A stretch of 64,000 bases of DNA. Origin: an uncultured Methanoregulaceae archaeon (lineage in GTDB: Archaea > Halobacteriota > Methanomicrobia > Methanomicrobiales > Methanospirillaceae). Position numbers and translations under genes: made by a program. Shown in pieces: positions 20,677 to 31,322 of the stretch (positions are counted from its first letter, which is position 1; every line of letters begins with the position of its first letter). The DNA lies in NCBI GenBank assembly GCA_963717525.1, contig OY970343.1, forward strand, positions 576,001 to 640,000, in the 5' to 3' direction. A model generated the notes under the pieces. It did not search any database. It was not told where the DNA came from and was given only the letters and a program-made list of their open reading frames with translations.

Positions 20677-21547
20677 ATGAAAGCTTGGTTCACGCTTATG
20701 GTATTCCTTGTATTGACAGGAGCACTCCTCATTGCCGGGTGTACCCAGAACACGGCACCCGCGCAGGTAACACAGCAGATGACCCCGCTGACTACCCAGA
20801 CACCCGACACTATCAGGGTTGCTGCAAGCTCGCTTGGGAATATCCTCGTGGATGCGCAGGGGAAAACCCTGTATTATTTTGCCCTTGACGTACCTGCGAG
20901 CGGTGCGAGCATGTGCACCGGCTCGTGCGCGGGTATATGGCCGATCTTTTACAGCAGTGCGATTACAGTTTCGCCCCCGCTTATGGCATCCGACTTTTCG
21001 TCCTTTGTCCGGGCTGACGGGACGAGCCAGACCACCTACCGGGGATGGCCGCTTTATTATTTCCAGGGAGACACAAACCCGGGCAATGTCTATGGCGAGA
21101 ATGTGAACAAGGACTGGTTTGCGGTCAAGCCGGACGAAACCGTGATGATTGCCCAGCGTGATACTCTCGGATTATTTCTTACCGACCGGATGGGCAACAC
21201 GCTGTATTACTTCGCAAAGGACACTCCGGGCACAAGTGCCTGTACGGGTGCCTGCCTTGCAAAATGGCCTGCATTCAGCGCCGGGCCGGTCAATGCCCCA
21301 TCGGTACCTGGATCCCGCAGATTTCAGTACAATGACCCGGGCTGATGGCACGAACCAGACTACGTTTATGGGAAGACCGCTGTATTACTTCGCGAACGAT
21401 ACAAAACCCGGCGATACAAACGGTGAGGGGTTCAATAACCTCTGGTACGTTGCAAATATCACCGGTACAGTCCCGGTAGCACCGACTCCCGTCCAGACAA
21501 CTGTAGTCCCGACACAATCCATGATGTCATATGGAGGAGGCTACTAG
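20677..21547 (+). CDS. lipoprotein with repeated G..LYYF..D (Lipoprotein_15-type) units (frameshift at about 21307)
   Basis: Lipobox LLIAGC; four G(K/W/N/R)(T/P)LYYF motifs; two C..G.C...WP. Confidence 0.85.
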
Positions 21548-21867
21548 TCATATCCCGTGGTGCCAGGGAGGATCGTAGCATTTTATTCCCTGTAAGATGG
21601 GGGATCTCAATCTTTCTTGCCGGATGGTGATGGCACCGGTGAGTGATGAACCGGGATGTTATCGCGACATTTTATCCGGGCGGGGAAAAAGGATATACCT
21701 ATTACCCCTCGATGGGATCAGAGAAAAAAGGGAATTTCCCTGTTGGCTGTTCCGGAACCGGCACAGGGATTTTTCACCCCGGCAGGGAGAAAGACCGTCT
21801 CATGCCGGTCTCTTTTACCCCACAGCCTTGTAAGGCCCTGGCCGGTTGCCCGGATAAGCCGGCACTT

Positions 21868-22347
21868 TTAATCGATGGAAATCTTTCCCTTGGGCTCTTT
21901 TGTCAGCTTTTTCAGGTGGATTTCCAGTACGCTGTTCTTGAACGTTGCAGATGACGCATTGTCTGTCACCGGTTTGGGGAGGGGCACAATCCTGGTTATC
22001 GAGCCAAAACAGCGCTCACGAAGGTAGTATCCCTCTTTTTCATCTTTCTTTTCGCCCTCGCGTTCGCAGGATATCTCAAGTGCCTGCGGAGTTACCAGGT
22101 CAAGGGAGATATCCTTTTTTCCCACGCCCGGGATCATGTCCGCAGTCACCACAACTTCGTCGTCTTTCTCGGTGACATCTACATGGAAATCCGGTCGCTG
22201 CGCAGGCAGCATCTTATTTCCCGGCCCCCCTGCGGCAGGCAACAACGCCACCGGGCTGGTCGAGTAGATCTCCCGGCTCAGCGCCTCCATGTACTTCCTC
22301 ATGTCTTCGATCTCATCAAAGACAGACCGGTAATACCATCGAACCAT
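21868..22347 (-). CDS. small heat-shock protein Hsp20
   Basis: VDVTE....V.ADM.PGV.K.DI, YYLRER.FG...R.VPLP, ATFKN.VLEI.L.K, C-terminal ISID. Confidence 0.93.
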   Translation of the reverse strand: MVRWYYRSVFDEIEDMRKYMEALSREIYSTSPVALLPAAGGPGNKMLPAQRPDFHVDVTEKDDEVVVTADMIPGVGKKDISLDLVTPQALEISCEREGEKKDEKEGYYLRERCFGSITRIVPLPKPVTDNASSATFKNSVLEIHLKKLTKEPKGKISID

Positions 22348-22613
22348 CTTTCACTTTCCATAATTCTTCTTATATCTACCTTGTTTTTGGATTTTTAGGA
22401 TTCCCGTATCATTTCCGCGAGGTAAGGGATCACTGGTTCTCCGGCCAGTACCCGGCAACCTCTAATCCCTTGACCGTCTGAATATGTTTGCAGGTGGTGT
22501 ATCAGATTTATCAGGTAATCCGGATTTTGAAACACTTTTTGAAAAGAGCGGCCACGGGTTCCTGCGTAGAATGAACCGGTTTTGTCCTGTACTTTCACGA
22601 GAAGATCGCCGGA

Positions 22614-22889
22614 TTAGTTTTTGAGGTCTTCAGGTGTCAGCAATTTCAGCACGGCCTCGATGCCGGAGATCTCACGCCTGATTACCTCTTCGTGAAAATA
22701 CTGTCTCAGTTTTGATTCGAATTTTAACCGGTTTTTGTGGTTCCAGCCCTTCCCGGGATCGTACTGGCCCTTGAGATAGGTCTGGAATTCAGCGAGGTCC
22801 TGCCGGGTCAGCTTCCGTATGAGGGTCTCCCCGTACCTGTTCATCAGGGACTGTTTCATCTCATCAGAGGGGTTTTTTTCCTTGACCAT
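22614..22889 (-). CDS. hypothetical protein
   Basis: 91-aa ATG ORF with protein-like composition. Confidence 0.55.
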   Translation of the reverse strand: MVKEKNPSDEMKQSLMNRYGETLIRKLTRQDLAEFQTYLKGQYDPGKGWNHKNRLKFESKLRQYFHEEVIRREISGIEAVLKLLTPEDLKN

Positions 22890-22908
22890 AGCGTCGTACC
22901 CCGGAACG

Positions 22909-23104
22909 TTACACCGTCGAATCTATCCTGTGCTGGTCCGGGTCTTATCCGGTAAATCCCCGGGTGTATGAGAAGGTCGAACACGTTGATCTTCTGGTTT
23001 ATGAGATCATCATAACTGTAGAAATCCCCGTTGGGATCTCCTGCACCGGACCAGAACACCTGGATCCCGTCCTGGTATTTTTTACTGCTCGCAACCTGCT
23101 GCAT
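22909..23104 (-). CDS. hypothetical protein (probable 1-nt frameshift at about 22945)
   Basis: GGAGGAG then ATG (MQQVASSKKYQDGIQVFW); removing one base gives ...YRIDPDQHRIDSTV* ending just before the next gene. Confidence 0.5.
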
Positions 23105-23705
23105 GGCTCCTCCGCTTTTATCATGGCCGTTTGTGCCCTGCCGGGAGATAATCCCCCGGGGCAAACGCCGGTTCCGGGGGCAATTTTCCTGCAGTGCCCT
23201 TTATTGTTTTTTGCGGACACCCGAGTCCTTTTCGTGTGATTTTTTTCAGTCAGACCGGGGATGGGTCCAGTAATGCCGGATGAAATCGGAATATATGCAA
23301 TTCTCAGAATTACACCGGTTGCAGCCATCCCCCGTGCAATAGATCCCCTCGGGAGAGACCCCGGGATAAGAACATTTTTGAATATTCTCTCTCATTTTCC
23401 AGAGGTTACCCGGGATTTTATGGAGAGGATCTCCTGCGACCCATGACCTGCCTGCATTTTCAACCAAGGGAATCGATCTCATCCGTTGAGGGATTAAACA
23501 GGAGGATATAAGGGATCTCTCTTAAAAACCAGTTTTTGAAACAAAATCTGAAATAACCGGTCCCCGGGAAAACCCCGCTGATGCCCTGGCCGTTCATGTA
23601 AACAACTACAACCGGGGTAAAAAAGGAAAAGAAAATAAGAAACGCTCACCTCAGGGAGAATTTCTCCCCCTGTACGTGATTTTCTGGAATCCGGTATACC
23701 GCCCT

Positions 23706-24092
23706 TTATCCGATCAGTGTTTTAAATGAGTCTTCCACGTCCTCCATGGAATACCCGAGATTAATTAAATCCTGTTTTATGGCGGGGACAAACGAGGGGT
23801 CTGGCATTTTTTTTGCATAATCCGCGAGGATACCGGCGATGATTCCGGGTAATTCGGCCCTCCTGCCGCTGTAGATATGCTTTAACAGCAAAAAAAAAGC
23901 ATTGCGTATCACGTCGCTGCCATATAACTCCGGCTTGCCATCGGTAGATCCGAGAAGTCCCCCCCATATCTCAGCGATATCGTGTTCCCTGCAGAAACGG
24001 GAAAATTTCCCGGATACCAGGTAATCGCCCATACCCTGGCGTATCATATGGTCCGCTATGAGCCTGAGTGCTTTGTGCGGGTCCTGTGGCAT
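23706..24092 (-). CDS. hypothetical helical protein
   Basis: 128-aa ATG ORF, amphipathic; no recognised motif. Confidence 0.6.
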   Translation of the reverse strand: MPQDPHKALRLIADHMIRQGMGDYLVSGKFSRFCREHDIAEIWGGLLGSTDGKPELYGSDVIRNAFFLLLKHIYSGRRAELPGIIAGILADYAKKMPDPSFVPAIKQDLINLGYSMEDVEDSFKTLIG

Positions 24093-24373
24093 CGGTATAA
24101 TGGTTGATCGCCTCTCCTGTATTTACACTCTTCGCACGTTGTCCGGTAAACCCCGCGGTGACCGGCTTTGCCTCGTTTTTGTGTCTTTATTGCTGGGGGA
24201 ATCGCGAAGGAGGGATCTCCCGGTCATGATATTGTTTCTGGCGGTTCATTGTAAAATAAGATCATTAACCCGAGTATCTTACCCGGGGTGCCGGAATGCA
24301 ATTGCTGCCGGAAAAAATGTGACAGGTTCCTCTATCATAAGTATTAATAATCCGCATGACCCCTTTGAAGATT

Positions 24374-25102
24374 ATGACCCGGCTGCATTTCTTCGCCTTA
24401 TCGGATCGGGGTATCAGGACTACCAACAATGATGCTTTCTGTGCTGAAAAGATTGGGAACTATTATGTTTTCGGAGTAGCTGAGGGACAGACTGACCCTG
24501 CCTTCGATGACACTGCAAGCGGCATCGCAGTCTCCTCTCTCATGGAGTCTGTAAAAAGCCGGAAAAATTCACCGGCTTTGGCCCTTGCTGCGGCCGTGCA
24601 CGAGAGTGATGCCCGGATCACTGCGCGTGCTTCAAACTCCCCTGAGAAAACCAGGGATGCTACACACCTGAGTGCCTGCCTCATCGATGATGCCCTGGAA
24701 TGCACGATTCTCGACACCGGTGAAGGGAATGCCTATCTTATCAGCCGTGATGGCATCCATCTCCCCGGGGAACACGCATTGTCCGGTCAACCGGAAGGGC
24801 TGGAGTTCCTCACACGAGGCCACAGCGGTGAGAAGAGACGGGGAGAGATGATCGCTCACACGCTCGGTGAACCGCATGTCCTGACGAAAGCTGACTTTGC
24901 CATGGTACCTATCGCGGATCGTTTCCTGCTCCTCAGCACCGGCGGCCTGCATGACTATGTCAAAAAGGAGAGGATTGCGGAAATTGTTCTCCAGAACGGG
25001 GAGAATGTAGAGTCATCCTGCCAGTACCTGCTTCAGGAAGCCCTCTCTGCCGGGAGCGAACGGACCATTACCATTGTCCTCGTCCACGGTCACCTCCACT
25101 AA
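24374..25102 (+). CDS. PP2C/PPM-fold protein lacking most metal-binding Asp residues
   Basis: SDRG.R..NND, VAEG, GEGN, LLSTGGL, ERTITIVL align to the PP2C motifs. Confidence 0.8.
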   Translation: MTRLHFFALSDRGIRTTNNDAFCAEKIGNYYVFGVAEGQTDPAFDDTASGIAVSSLMESVKSRKNSPALALAAAVHESDARITARASNSPEKTRDATHLSACLIDDALECTILDTGEGNAYLISRDGIHLPGEHALSGQPEGLEFLTRGHSGEKRRGEMIAHTLGEPHVLTKADFAMVPIADRFLLLSTGGLHDYVKKERIAEIVLQNGENVESSCQYLLQEALSAGSERTITIVLVHGHLH

Positions 25103-25539
25103 AACCCTTTTAACGGCTGCGTTTTTTTTTTTAGTTTTTACAATGCCTGAGAAGGGGCCGGGTTTTACGCTGGATGAGAGAACACGGGCACATTCTGGTA
25201 TGGATTCTCCATCGCCCTCTCAATGCGGTCATTTTTGGCTGACAATTATTCCCGGAGAGTATTGTTTCAAAGTATGTCTCAAAAGATGATACAAGGGACA
25301 AATGCTATAATTCACGATAGTAAGTGCTCATGTGCGGGAGACGGATGGCAGATCTTTGCAGGAATTCAATTCCGGAAGGATCCCCCGGGTCGCCCATCCC
25401 CGGGACCGTTACAAAAACAAGGGAAACAGTGGTGCCATGTTAAAACCCGGTGTGTCCCGGGAGCCTGATAAAAAGCCACACAAAGAACCGCCCCCGGCCG
25501 AATTATTTCTGGAGAGAAAATGGAGGAGAATGAGAGATT

Positions 25540-25794
25540 ATGATCACCGTAAAGAAAAGGGATGGCCGCAAAGAACCGTTCGCGGCCGAAAAGATCGTGG
25601 TGAGTGCGATAAAATCCGGTGCACCTCTTGAGGTTGCACGGACCATCGCCCATGGGATCGAACAGGGTGCAACCGATAGCATCTCCACCCGGGAGATCAA
25701 AAACCGGGTGCTCGTGATGCTCAAGGCGAAAAATCCTGAATGGGAGAGGAACTGGATGGTCTTTGATACAGCGGTAAAAAAGCGATCAGAATAA
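25540..25794 (+). CDS. stand-alone ATP-cone domain protein
   Basis: V.KRDG..EPF..EKI..SA..SG...ISTREI...V...L; GGAGG upstream. Confidence 0.85.
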   Translation: MITVKKRDGRKEPFAAEKIVVSAIKSGAPLEVARTIAHGIEQGATDSISTREIKNRVLVMLKAKNPEWERNWMVFDTAVKKRSE

Positions 25795-25819
25795 GGTGCA
25801 CAAGGGAGGAGAGCCGTCT

Positions 25820-26032
25820 ATGCCATACCGGTGGAAAACAAAGGTTGATGTGGATGAAGCCATTGTCGTCATGATGAACGTCCTTGACAAGAACCCGGAC
25901 CTGCCGAACTGGCTTATTATGACGATCAATGGTTCGATAGCTGATTCAGACAAAAAAATTGTCGGATATTTCTTCGGGGAAGTAAAAAAGCACGTTCCTC
26001 AGGCCCTCAAATACTTCGAGTCCCGCGAGTAG
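25820..26032 (+). CDS. small hypothetical protein (70 aa), co-oriented with ATP-cone gene
   Basis: GGAGG about 10 nt upstream of ATG 25820; 25-bp gap from previous stop. Confidence 0.7.
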   Translation: MPYRWKTKVDVDEAIVVMMNVLDKNPDLPNWLIMTINGSIADSDKKIVGYFFGEVKKHVPQALKYFESRE

Positions 26033-26144
26033 GAGGGCACCGGAAAGTGTATTTTTCCTCTGCCCCCTTGCCGACCATAGAGTGAGGGACAGGAAGCGTA
26101 AAAAACGGCTGGCAGGCAGCCTGTCGGTTAAATGACGAAGGATC

Positions 26145-27188
26145 ATGCAGGACAAAATTGATGTCGGGATTATAGGGCTGGGCAGCACGGGAACGCTCAG
26201 GAAAACGATAGCAGAAAACAACCCTGCACTCAACCTGGTCGCGGTCAGTGATGCCCACCGGCCAAATATCCCCCGGAGGGAAACGTATAGCTATTATGAG
26301 GATTACCGGAAGCTCCTGGACTCCGGTGTCGATGCAGTTTTTGTCGCCCCCCAGAATAAATACCGGCCGAAGGTCGCGATCGAGGCCCTGAACCGGGGCA
26401 TACACGTCTTTTGCGAGATCCCGCCCGGCAGGACGGTACAAGATATGCAGGATATTATCGCTGCAGAAAAAAAGGCCAGGGGTACCGTGCTTGATTTCGG
26501 GTTCACCCACCGGTTCCACGATACAGTGGTGAAAGCACAGGAGCTGATAAAAACCGGCACGTACGGGAAAATCCTCTGGATGAAAGGCGTCCACGGCAAA
26601 TCAGGCGGAAATGATTTTGAGAGCATATGGCGGAGCAACCGGGATTGGGCGGGAGGAGGTATACTGCTCGACCAGGGGATCCACATGGTTGATCTTTTCC
26701 GGTTTTTTGCGGGAGATTTTAACGGAGCAAAAAGTTTCGTCACCACCTGTTTCTGGAATATCCCGGTGGAAGACAATGCTTTTGCCCTGTTACGCAACTC
26801 CCAAAACCAGGTCGCGATGATCCATGCGTCTTCGACCCACTGGAAAAACCAGTACTCCCTTGAGATCTGTCTTGAGAACGGGTACATCACCATTAAAGGC
26901 GACCTCAGCCCGAACGGGGATTACGGGCCCAGAGAAACACTTATCGTCTCATCCCGCCCGACCGGAGATGAGGAACGTGCATCCGGGCTCTCCAAAGAAT
27001 CGATCACCAGTTTTGATACGGCTGCTTCGTGGGAACGCGAGGTGGACGCATTTGTCGATTGCATCAGCAGCGGCGCAAAGGTACAAAATGGATCCTCTGG
27101 CGATGCCCTCCAGGCAATGAAACTTGTCGACCGTATATATCGCAGGGATACGGCCTGGTGGAGCCGGTGGAAATTGTCCGGTACATGA
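26145..27188 (+). CDS. Gfo/Idh/MocA-family oxidoreductase
   Basis: GIIGLG, GIHVFCE.P, GGGILLDQGIHMVD, VEDNA. Confidence 0.9.
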   Translation: MQDKIDVGIIGLGSTGTLRKTIAENNPALNLVAVSDAHRPNIPRRETYSYYEDYRKLLDSGVDAVFVAPQNKYRPKVAIEALNRGIHVFCEIPPGRTVQDMQDIIAAEKKARGTVLDFGFTHRFHDTVVKAQELIKTGTYGKILWMKGVHGKSGGNDFESIWRSNRDWAGGGILLDQGIHMVDLFRFFAGDFNGAKSFVTTCFWNIPVEDNAFALLRNSQNQVAMIHASSTHWKNQYSLEICLENGYITIKGDLSPNGDYGPRETLIVSSRPTGDEERASGLSKESITSFDTAASWEREVDAFVDCISSGAKVQNGSSGDALQAMKLVDRIYRRDTAWWSRWKLSGT

Positions 27189-27260
27189 CGCATGTTCCGG
27201 CAAAACAGCCGGCATGCCAGGTGATCCACAAAAAAGGACCAAAAACAGGAAAAACCGAAT

Positions 27261-27725
27261 TTACCTGCTATATGTCGCGATAGCCTGGCCTCCGTATTGT
27301 ACCATATGTCCTTCCATAGCCTTTTCAAGGACATCCCGCTTTGACCCTGGTGGAATTCCCAGTATCGCGTCAAGGCCGTACACATTGAAATAATAGGTAT
27401 GGACCTCACCCTTAGGCGGGCAGGGGCCCCGGTATCCGGTGGTGCCGAAATCATTGGTCCCCTGGACTGCCGTGAAGGGCTCGGTTATCACTGCGGCCCG
27501 GGGAATTTTCTCCGGTATGGTCGGCCGGGATTCGAAATCCCAGATCAGCCAGTGGGTGAAGCGTTCAGAAGGCCCGATCCGGTCGTCAATAATGATTGCA
27601 AGGTACGGGGAATGGATCCGGTCGATATGGATCACCGGGGATATATCCTCGCCGTCACAGGTATGTTTCCTGGGAAAATCCCCCTTGTCAAAATCGATAC
27701 TGATGAAAAGGTTCTCGGTCTCCAT
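27261..27725 (-). CDS. YbhB/YbcL (PEBP/Raf-kinase-inhibitor-like) protein
   Basis: TCDGEDISP, FTHWLIW, QGTNDFG..GY.GPCPP.G..HTYYF. Confidence 0.92.
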   Translation of the reverse strand: METENLFISIDFDKGDFPRKHTCDGEDISPVIHIDRIHSPYLAIIIDDRIGPSERFTHWLIWDFESRPTIPEKIPRAAVITEPFTAVQGTNDFGTTGYRGPCPPKGEVHTYYFNVYGLDAILGIPPGSKRDVLEKAMEGHMVQYGGQAIATYSR

Positions 27726-28025
27726 AATGGTGTAACTCCTGTCCCTCCCTAGGTTTTTTTAAGACAGGGAGGATGAATGACCCTGTATCCTCCTGTCCTT
27801 CTATAATCCTATGCCGGAGTTACAAAATCTGTAACATTGTTTGAACGATAAAACCCTCATTTATCCCAAAACTCCTTTTCACCCGGGCATCCCGTAGTGA
27901 CCCGGTCGTGATTTTTACATCCGGGCTGAGAAAAATTTTTTTGGAGATTTTGTTTTCATTTTCCGGGATCTCCCGATATATTAATGAGGATATTCCTGCT
28001 AATTGTCCGCGGAGGAAAATCAGGA

Positions 28026-28255
28026 ATGGCAAAAGTTGATGAGTCCGTGGCAAATCTCGATGTCTGCGGGAGGTTTTGCGGGTCCTGCCCGACCTATGCA
28101 GCGAACAATCTGAAAAATGGCAAACCGTCCCTCCTTTTCTGTGGCCGTGGTGGATCCCTCAAGGCCCCGGAAGGGAAGAAGGAAGGATGCAACTGCCCGA
28201 AGTGCGGCGTGCATACGCGGTACAGCTCACCGGTGATTACTACTGCATGAAGTGA
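28026..28255 (+). CDS. small Cys-rich DUF2769-like protein (frameshift at about 28223)
   Basis: C...C..CPTY, LFC.RG, GC.C..C.V; restoring one base gives ...Y.LTGDYYCMK*. Confidence 0.75.
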
Positions 28256-28403
28256 CGTGGCAGTACAGGATATTTCTGGTGTTGTTGTGCGTTTCCGTGA
28301 CATAACAAAATGGGGGCAGCGTAACGGGAGGTAATGATCGGGCGCACCAGAGAACAGATCCTGGATAGTATACATCATGTGGAATCCGGAGTTTTCCGGA
28401 CAA

Positions 28404-28585
28404 AGGGGAAGGGGTATCGCCTACCCCCCTCCCCATCAGGATCGTAAACGGGGCTATCCCCCAACCCTTTCACTAGTTCAATCATCCGCTCATAATCTGT
28501 TGCCGCACTACCCACCGCTCCGCACCATCCGGGCACAGGACTACAAAAAACCCGCCATCCCGGATTTCCTTTTTTGGAAATCCCG
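28404..28585. repeat. palindrome-rich intergenic element, distantly related to families A/B
   Basis: ggggaaggggta..tacccccctcccc hairpin; atcaggat...ggggctatcccccaaccc resembles 52512-52545; ggatttcc/ggaaatcc hairpin. Confidence 0.45.
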
Positions 28586-28741
28586 TCGTTTTACCATGAT
28601 AAATCCGACAGCTATTACTTAAACATCGCGAATGTACCCATAAACGATAGTTCTCTCCGGGAGAGCAGAGCGGAAGGAAAAATCCGTGGCAACCGAACCT
28701 GGATCACTACAGAACGGGATACTCTCCCTGCCCCGGATATA

Positions 28742-30532
28742 ATGCCCGAAAAACGTCTGCTCAGGCGCCTCACCATCGCTTTTGGCCTCATCACGACTGT
28801 TATCAGCTTCCTTGCGATTTTCACGGCGCACTTTGGTATCACTCTGTTCAGCAGCGTGAACCAAAATTACCGGACGATGGCATTCAGCGCGGCCCTGATC
28901 TGGATCTTCATCGGATCCATGCTCGCATATCAGGCAGCAAAACCGCTCCTGCGGATCTCCAGGCTGGTCGTGCAGGCATTCCTTTCTCTCATCGCAGCCA
29001 TTGAAGCCATCGAATTTGTTTTCAGTATCCATGGAAGTCATTCTTTCATTGAGACACTCTTTGTCAGGGCAGGGACGGTTGTTCTCGGGCCCACATCCTC
29101 ACCTATCTCCCCGGTAGCTGCCGGTCTCATAGTTCTCGCGGCAATTGCGCTGGTGTTTGTTCTCCGGGATAAAGGCCTGCCGGCACAATCGATGCGGACA
29201 GCAGATGCGATCAGTATCGCCGGGCTTGCGATCTCTGTTATCAGCTTCACCTTTGTCATGAGCTATTTCTATGGCAATCCGTTATTGTATGGAACACAAT
29301 TCATCCCCATCGCATTCCTGTCAGCGCTCGCCTCCTTCTTCGCCGGGGCAGCCCTTGTCGCTGCCGCCGGCCCCGGCGCAGTCCCGGTCAGGTACATTAT
29401 CGGTAATTCCACCAGCGCCGGCCTTCTCCGGGTGTTTGTCCCGCTCGTTGCCGGCATTATCCTTATCGAAAATATCGTGTTTGTCGGGCTGTCTTCCTGG
29501 TTTGATGTCCGCGATGCGATCCTTCTCTCGACAACTCTGGTGATCTTTATTCTCGCTACCGCTTTTGTGGTGGCAAGGATCTCCGGGAAGATGGGAGGGA
29601 GGCTTGAGCGTGCCGAGCAGGAACTGGTCCGGAAAAACGAAGATCTCGGCGCCATGAACGAGGAACTTACCGCAATTGAGGAAGAACTGCGCCAGGCAAA
29701 CGACGGGCTTCTGGCAAATGAACGCCAACTGCTGCGGAAAAACGAAGATCTCGGCGCCATGAACGAGGAACTCAACGCGGTCAACGAAGAACTCACCGCT
29801 GCCCAGGATGAACTTCACCAGAATATCGAAGAACTCAGCCTCCGCGAGGAGGAACTGATCAAAAGCGAGGCAGATCTCAGGGATGCCCTCGCAGAAAAAG
29901 AGGTCCTCTTGTCGGAGATCCATCACCGGGTCAAGAACAACCTGACCGCATTCATCTCGTTACTCAGCCTTGGTGGCACCTATGAGGAAAGCGAAGCGGG
30001 CCGGGCCCTTAAAAAAGACCTCCAGAACCGGGCCCGGAGCATGGCCCTGATCCACGAGACCCTGTACCAGACCGGGAAATTCTCGAACGTGGATATGGAG
30101 GTCTACCTGAATAACCTCGTCAGCCAGATCGCCGGTTCCTACGCAGAACGTTCGAGGATCCGGATCGTTGTCGATGTGCATGAGGTGAACCTCGATATCG
30201 CACGTGCCACCACTGCCGGCCTGATCATCAACGAGCTCTTAACCAACTCGTTCAAGTACGCATTCCCGCCGGGGTTCGACTGTATGGCGGTACGGGGAAA
30301 ACCCTGTACGATCCGGGTCTCGCTTGCCCACGAGGATGGGACGGATGTCCTCACCGTGGCTGATAACGGGTGCGGACTACCGGAGGGATTTGATCCCCTG
30401 GCAACGAAATCCCTCGGCCTCAAGCTGGTGACCTTCCTTGCCCGCCACCAGCTTCAGGCGGAGATCGGGATCCGGGCGGAGAGAGGAACAGAATTCAGCT
30501 TCCATCTGAAAAATACCGGGGATGAAACATGA
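28742..30532 (+). CDS. membrane-bound histidine kinase (HisKA_2) with long coiled coil
   Basis: About 8 TM segments; [31 protein letters not shown] 28742. Confidence 0.9.
   Translation: MPEKRLLRRLTIAFGLITTVISFLAIFTAHFGITLFSSVNQNYRTMAFSAALIWIFIGSMLAYQAAKPLLRISRLVVQAFLSLIAAIEAIEFVFSIHGSHSFIETLFVRAGTVVLGPTSSPISPVAAGLIVLAAIALVFVLRDKGLPAQSMRTADAISIAGLAISVISFTFVMSYFYGNPLLYGTQFIPIAFLSALASFFAGAALVAAAGPGAVPVRYIIGNSTSAGLLRVFVPLVAGIILIENIVFVGLSSWFDVRDAILLSTTLVIFILATAFVVARISGKMGGRLERAEQELVRKNEDLGAMNEELTAIEEELRQANDGLLANERQLLRKNEDLGAMNEELNAVNEELTAAQDELHQNIEELSLREEELIKSEADLRDALAEKEVLLSEIHHRVKNNLTAFISLLSLGGTYEESEAGRALKKDLQNRARSMALIHETLYQTGKFSNVDMEVYLNNLVSQIAGSYAERSRIRIVVDVHEVNLDIARATTAGLIINELLTNSFKYAFPPGFDCMAVRGKPCTIRVSLAHEDGTDVLTVADNGCGLPEGFDPLATKSLGLKLVTFLARHQLQAEIGIRAERGTEFSFHLKNTGDET
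29630..29772 (+). repeat. 38-bp perfect direct repeat, 105-bp offset, inside the kinase coiled coil
   Basis: cggaaaaacgaagatctcggcgccatgaacgaggaact at 29630-29667 and 29735-29772. Confidence 0.95.
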
Positions 30533-30909
30533 CGGAGAAAACGGTACTGATAGTTGAAGACGAGGGTCTGATCGCTCTCCACCTGACAGAGACCCTGGAA
30601 AACAGGAGATTTGGGATAATCGGCACGGTTCATTCCGGAGAGATGGCACTCCAGGCACTCGAAAAGTCTCCAAAACCCGATCTCATCATAATGGATATCG
30701 GGCTTGCAGGATCACTTGACGGAATCGAGACGGCCCGGAAGATTCGGCAGCAGTATACTATCCCGATCATCTTCCTGACTGCATATTCTGATAAGAGCCG
30801 GATGGAGAAGGCAAAAGAGCTATCGGCCGTCGAATACCTCATAAAGCCGGTGACCGAAGAGGATCTCCTTACTGCAATCAGGAGAGCACTGGACGGTCCG
30901 GCCCCGTAG
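30529..30909 (+). CDS. single-domain response regulator (REC)
   Basis: VLIVEDE, IMDI.L.G, FLTA, YLIKP; ATGA overlap with kinase. Confidence 0.93.
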   Translation: MTEKTVLIVEDEGLIALHLTETLENRRFGIIGTVHSGEMALQALEKSPKPDLIIMDIGLAGSLDGIETARKIRQQYTIPIIFLTAYSDKSRMEKAKELSAVEYLIKPVTEEDLLTAIRRALDGPAP

Positions 30910-31322
30910 GCGCCCCTAAAAATGCAACGATGGTCCCCCTCTTGGCAGAATAACACGCAGATATGGCTCCTCTCGTACCAGGAATGAAATGGAGGAAAAG
31001 AAGCCGGGCGTGTGGGTTTTCACGCCCGGGAAAACTAAGTGTGTGTAGAGAAGCTCTTCTGACCGCCCTGCTGTGCGGTCGAACCGGTTTAGACCGGGTA
31101 ACGTTAAAAATCTGTGGTCACTTTCTGTTTTTTGAGACTCTGGTTGGACCCGGTTCCGGTGCGTTCTCCGGATTTTTACCCGTCACCTTGACGGGTTACG
31201 ATGATGCCATTTTCCGTTAAGGCCGGATAACGCACCTGCACAGCCCCCGCCAGGAACCCCCGTATCGGACCCGTAAAGGTGAACCGCACCGTCAGGTTCC
31301 GGTGGAATCCCGAAAGAATGCG

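Noticed and set aside
23261..23446. Short plus-strand ORF (MPDEIGIY...)
   Set aside because: No recognisable features; support insufficient
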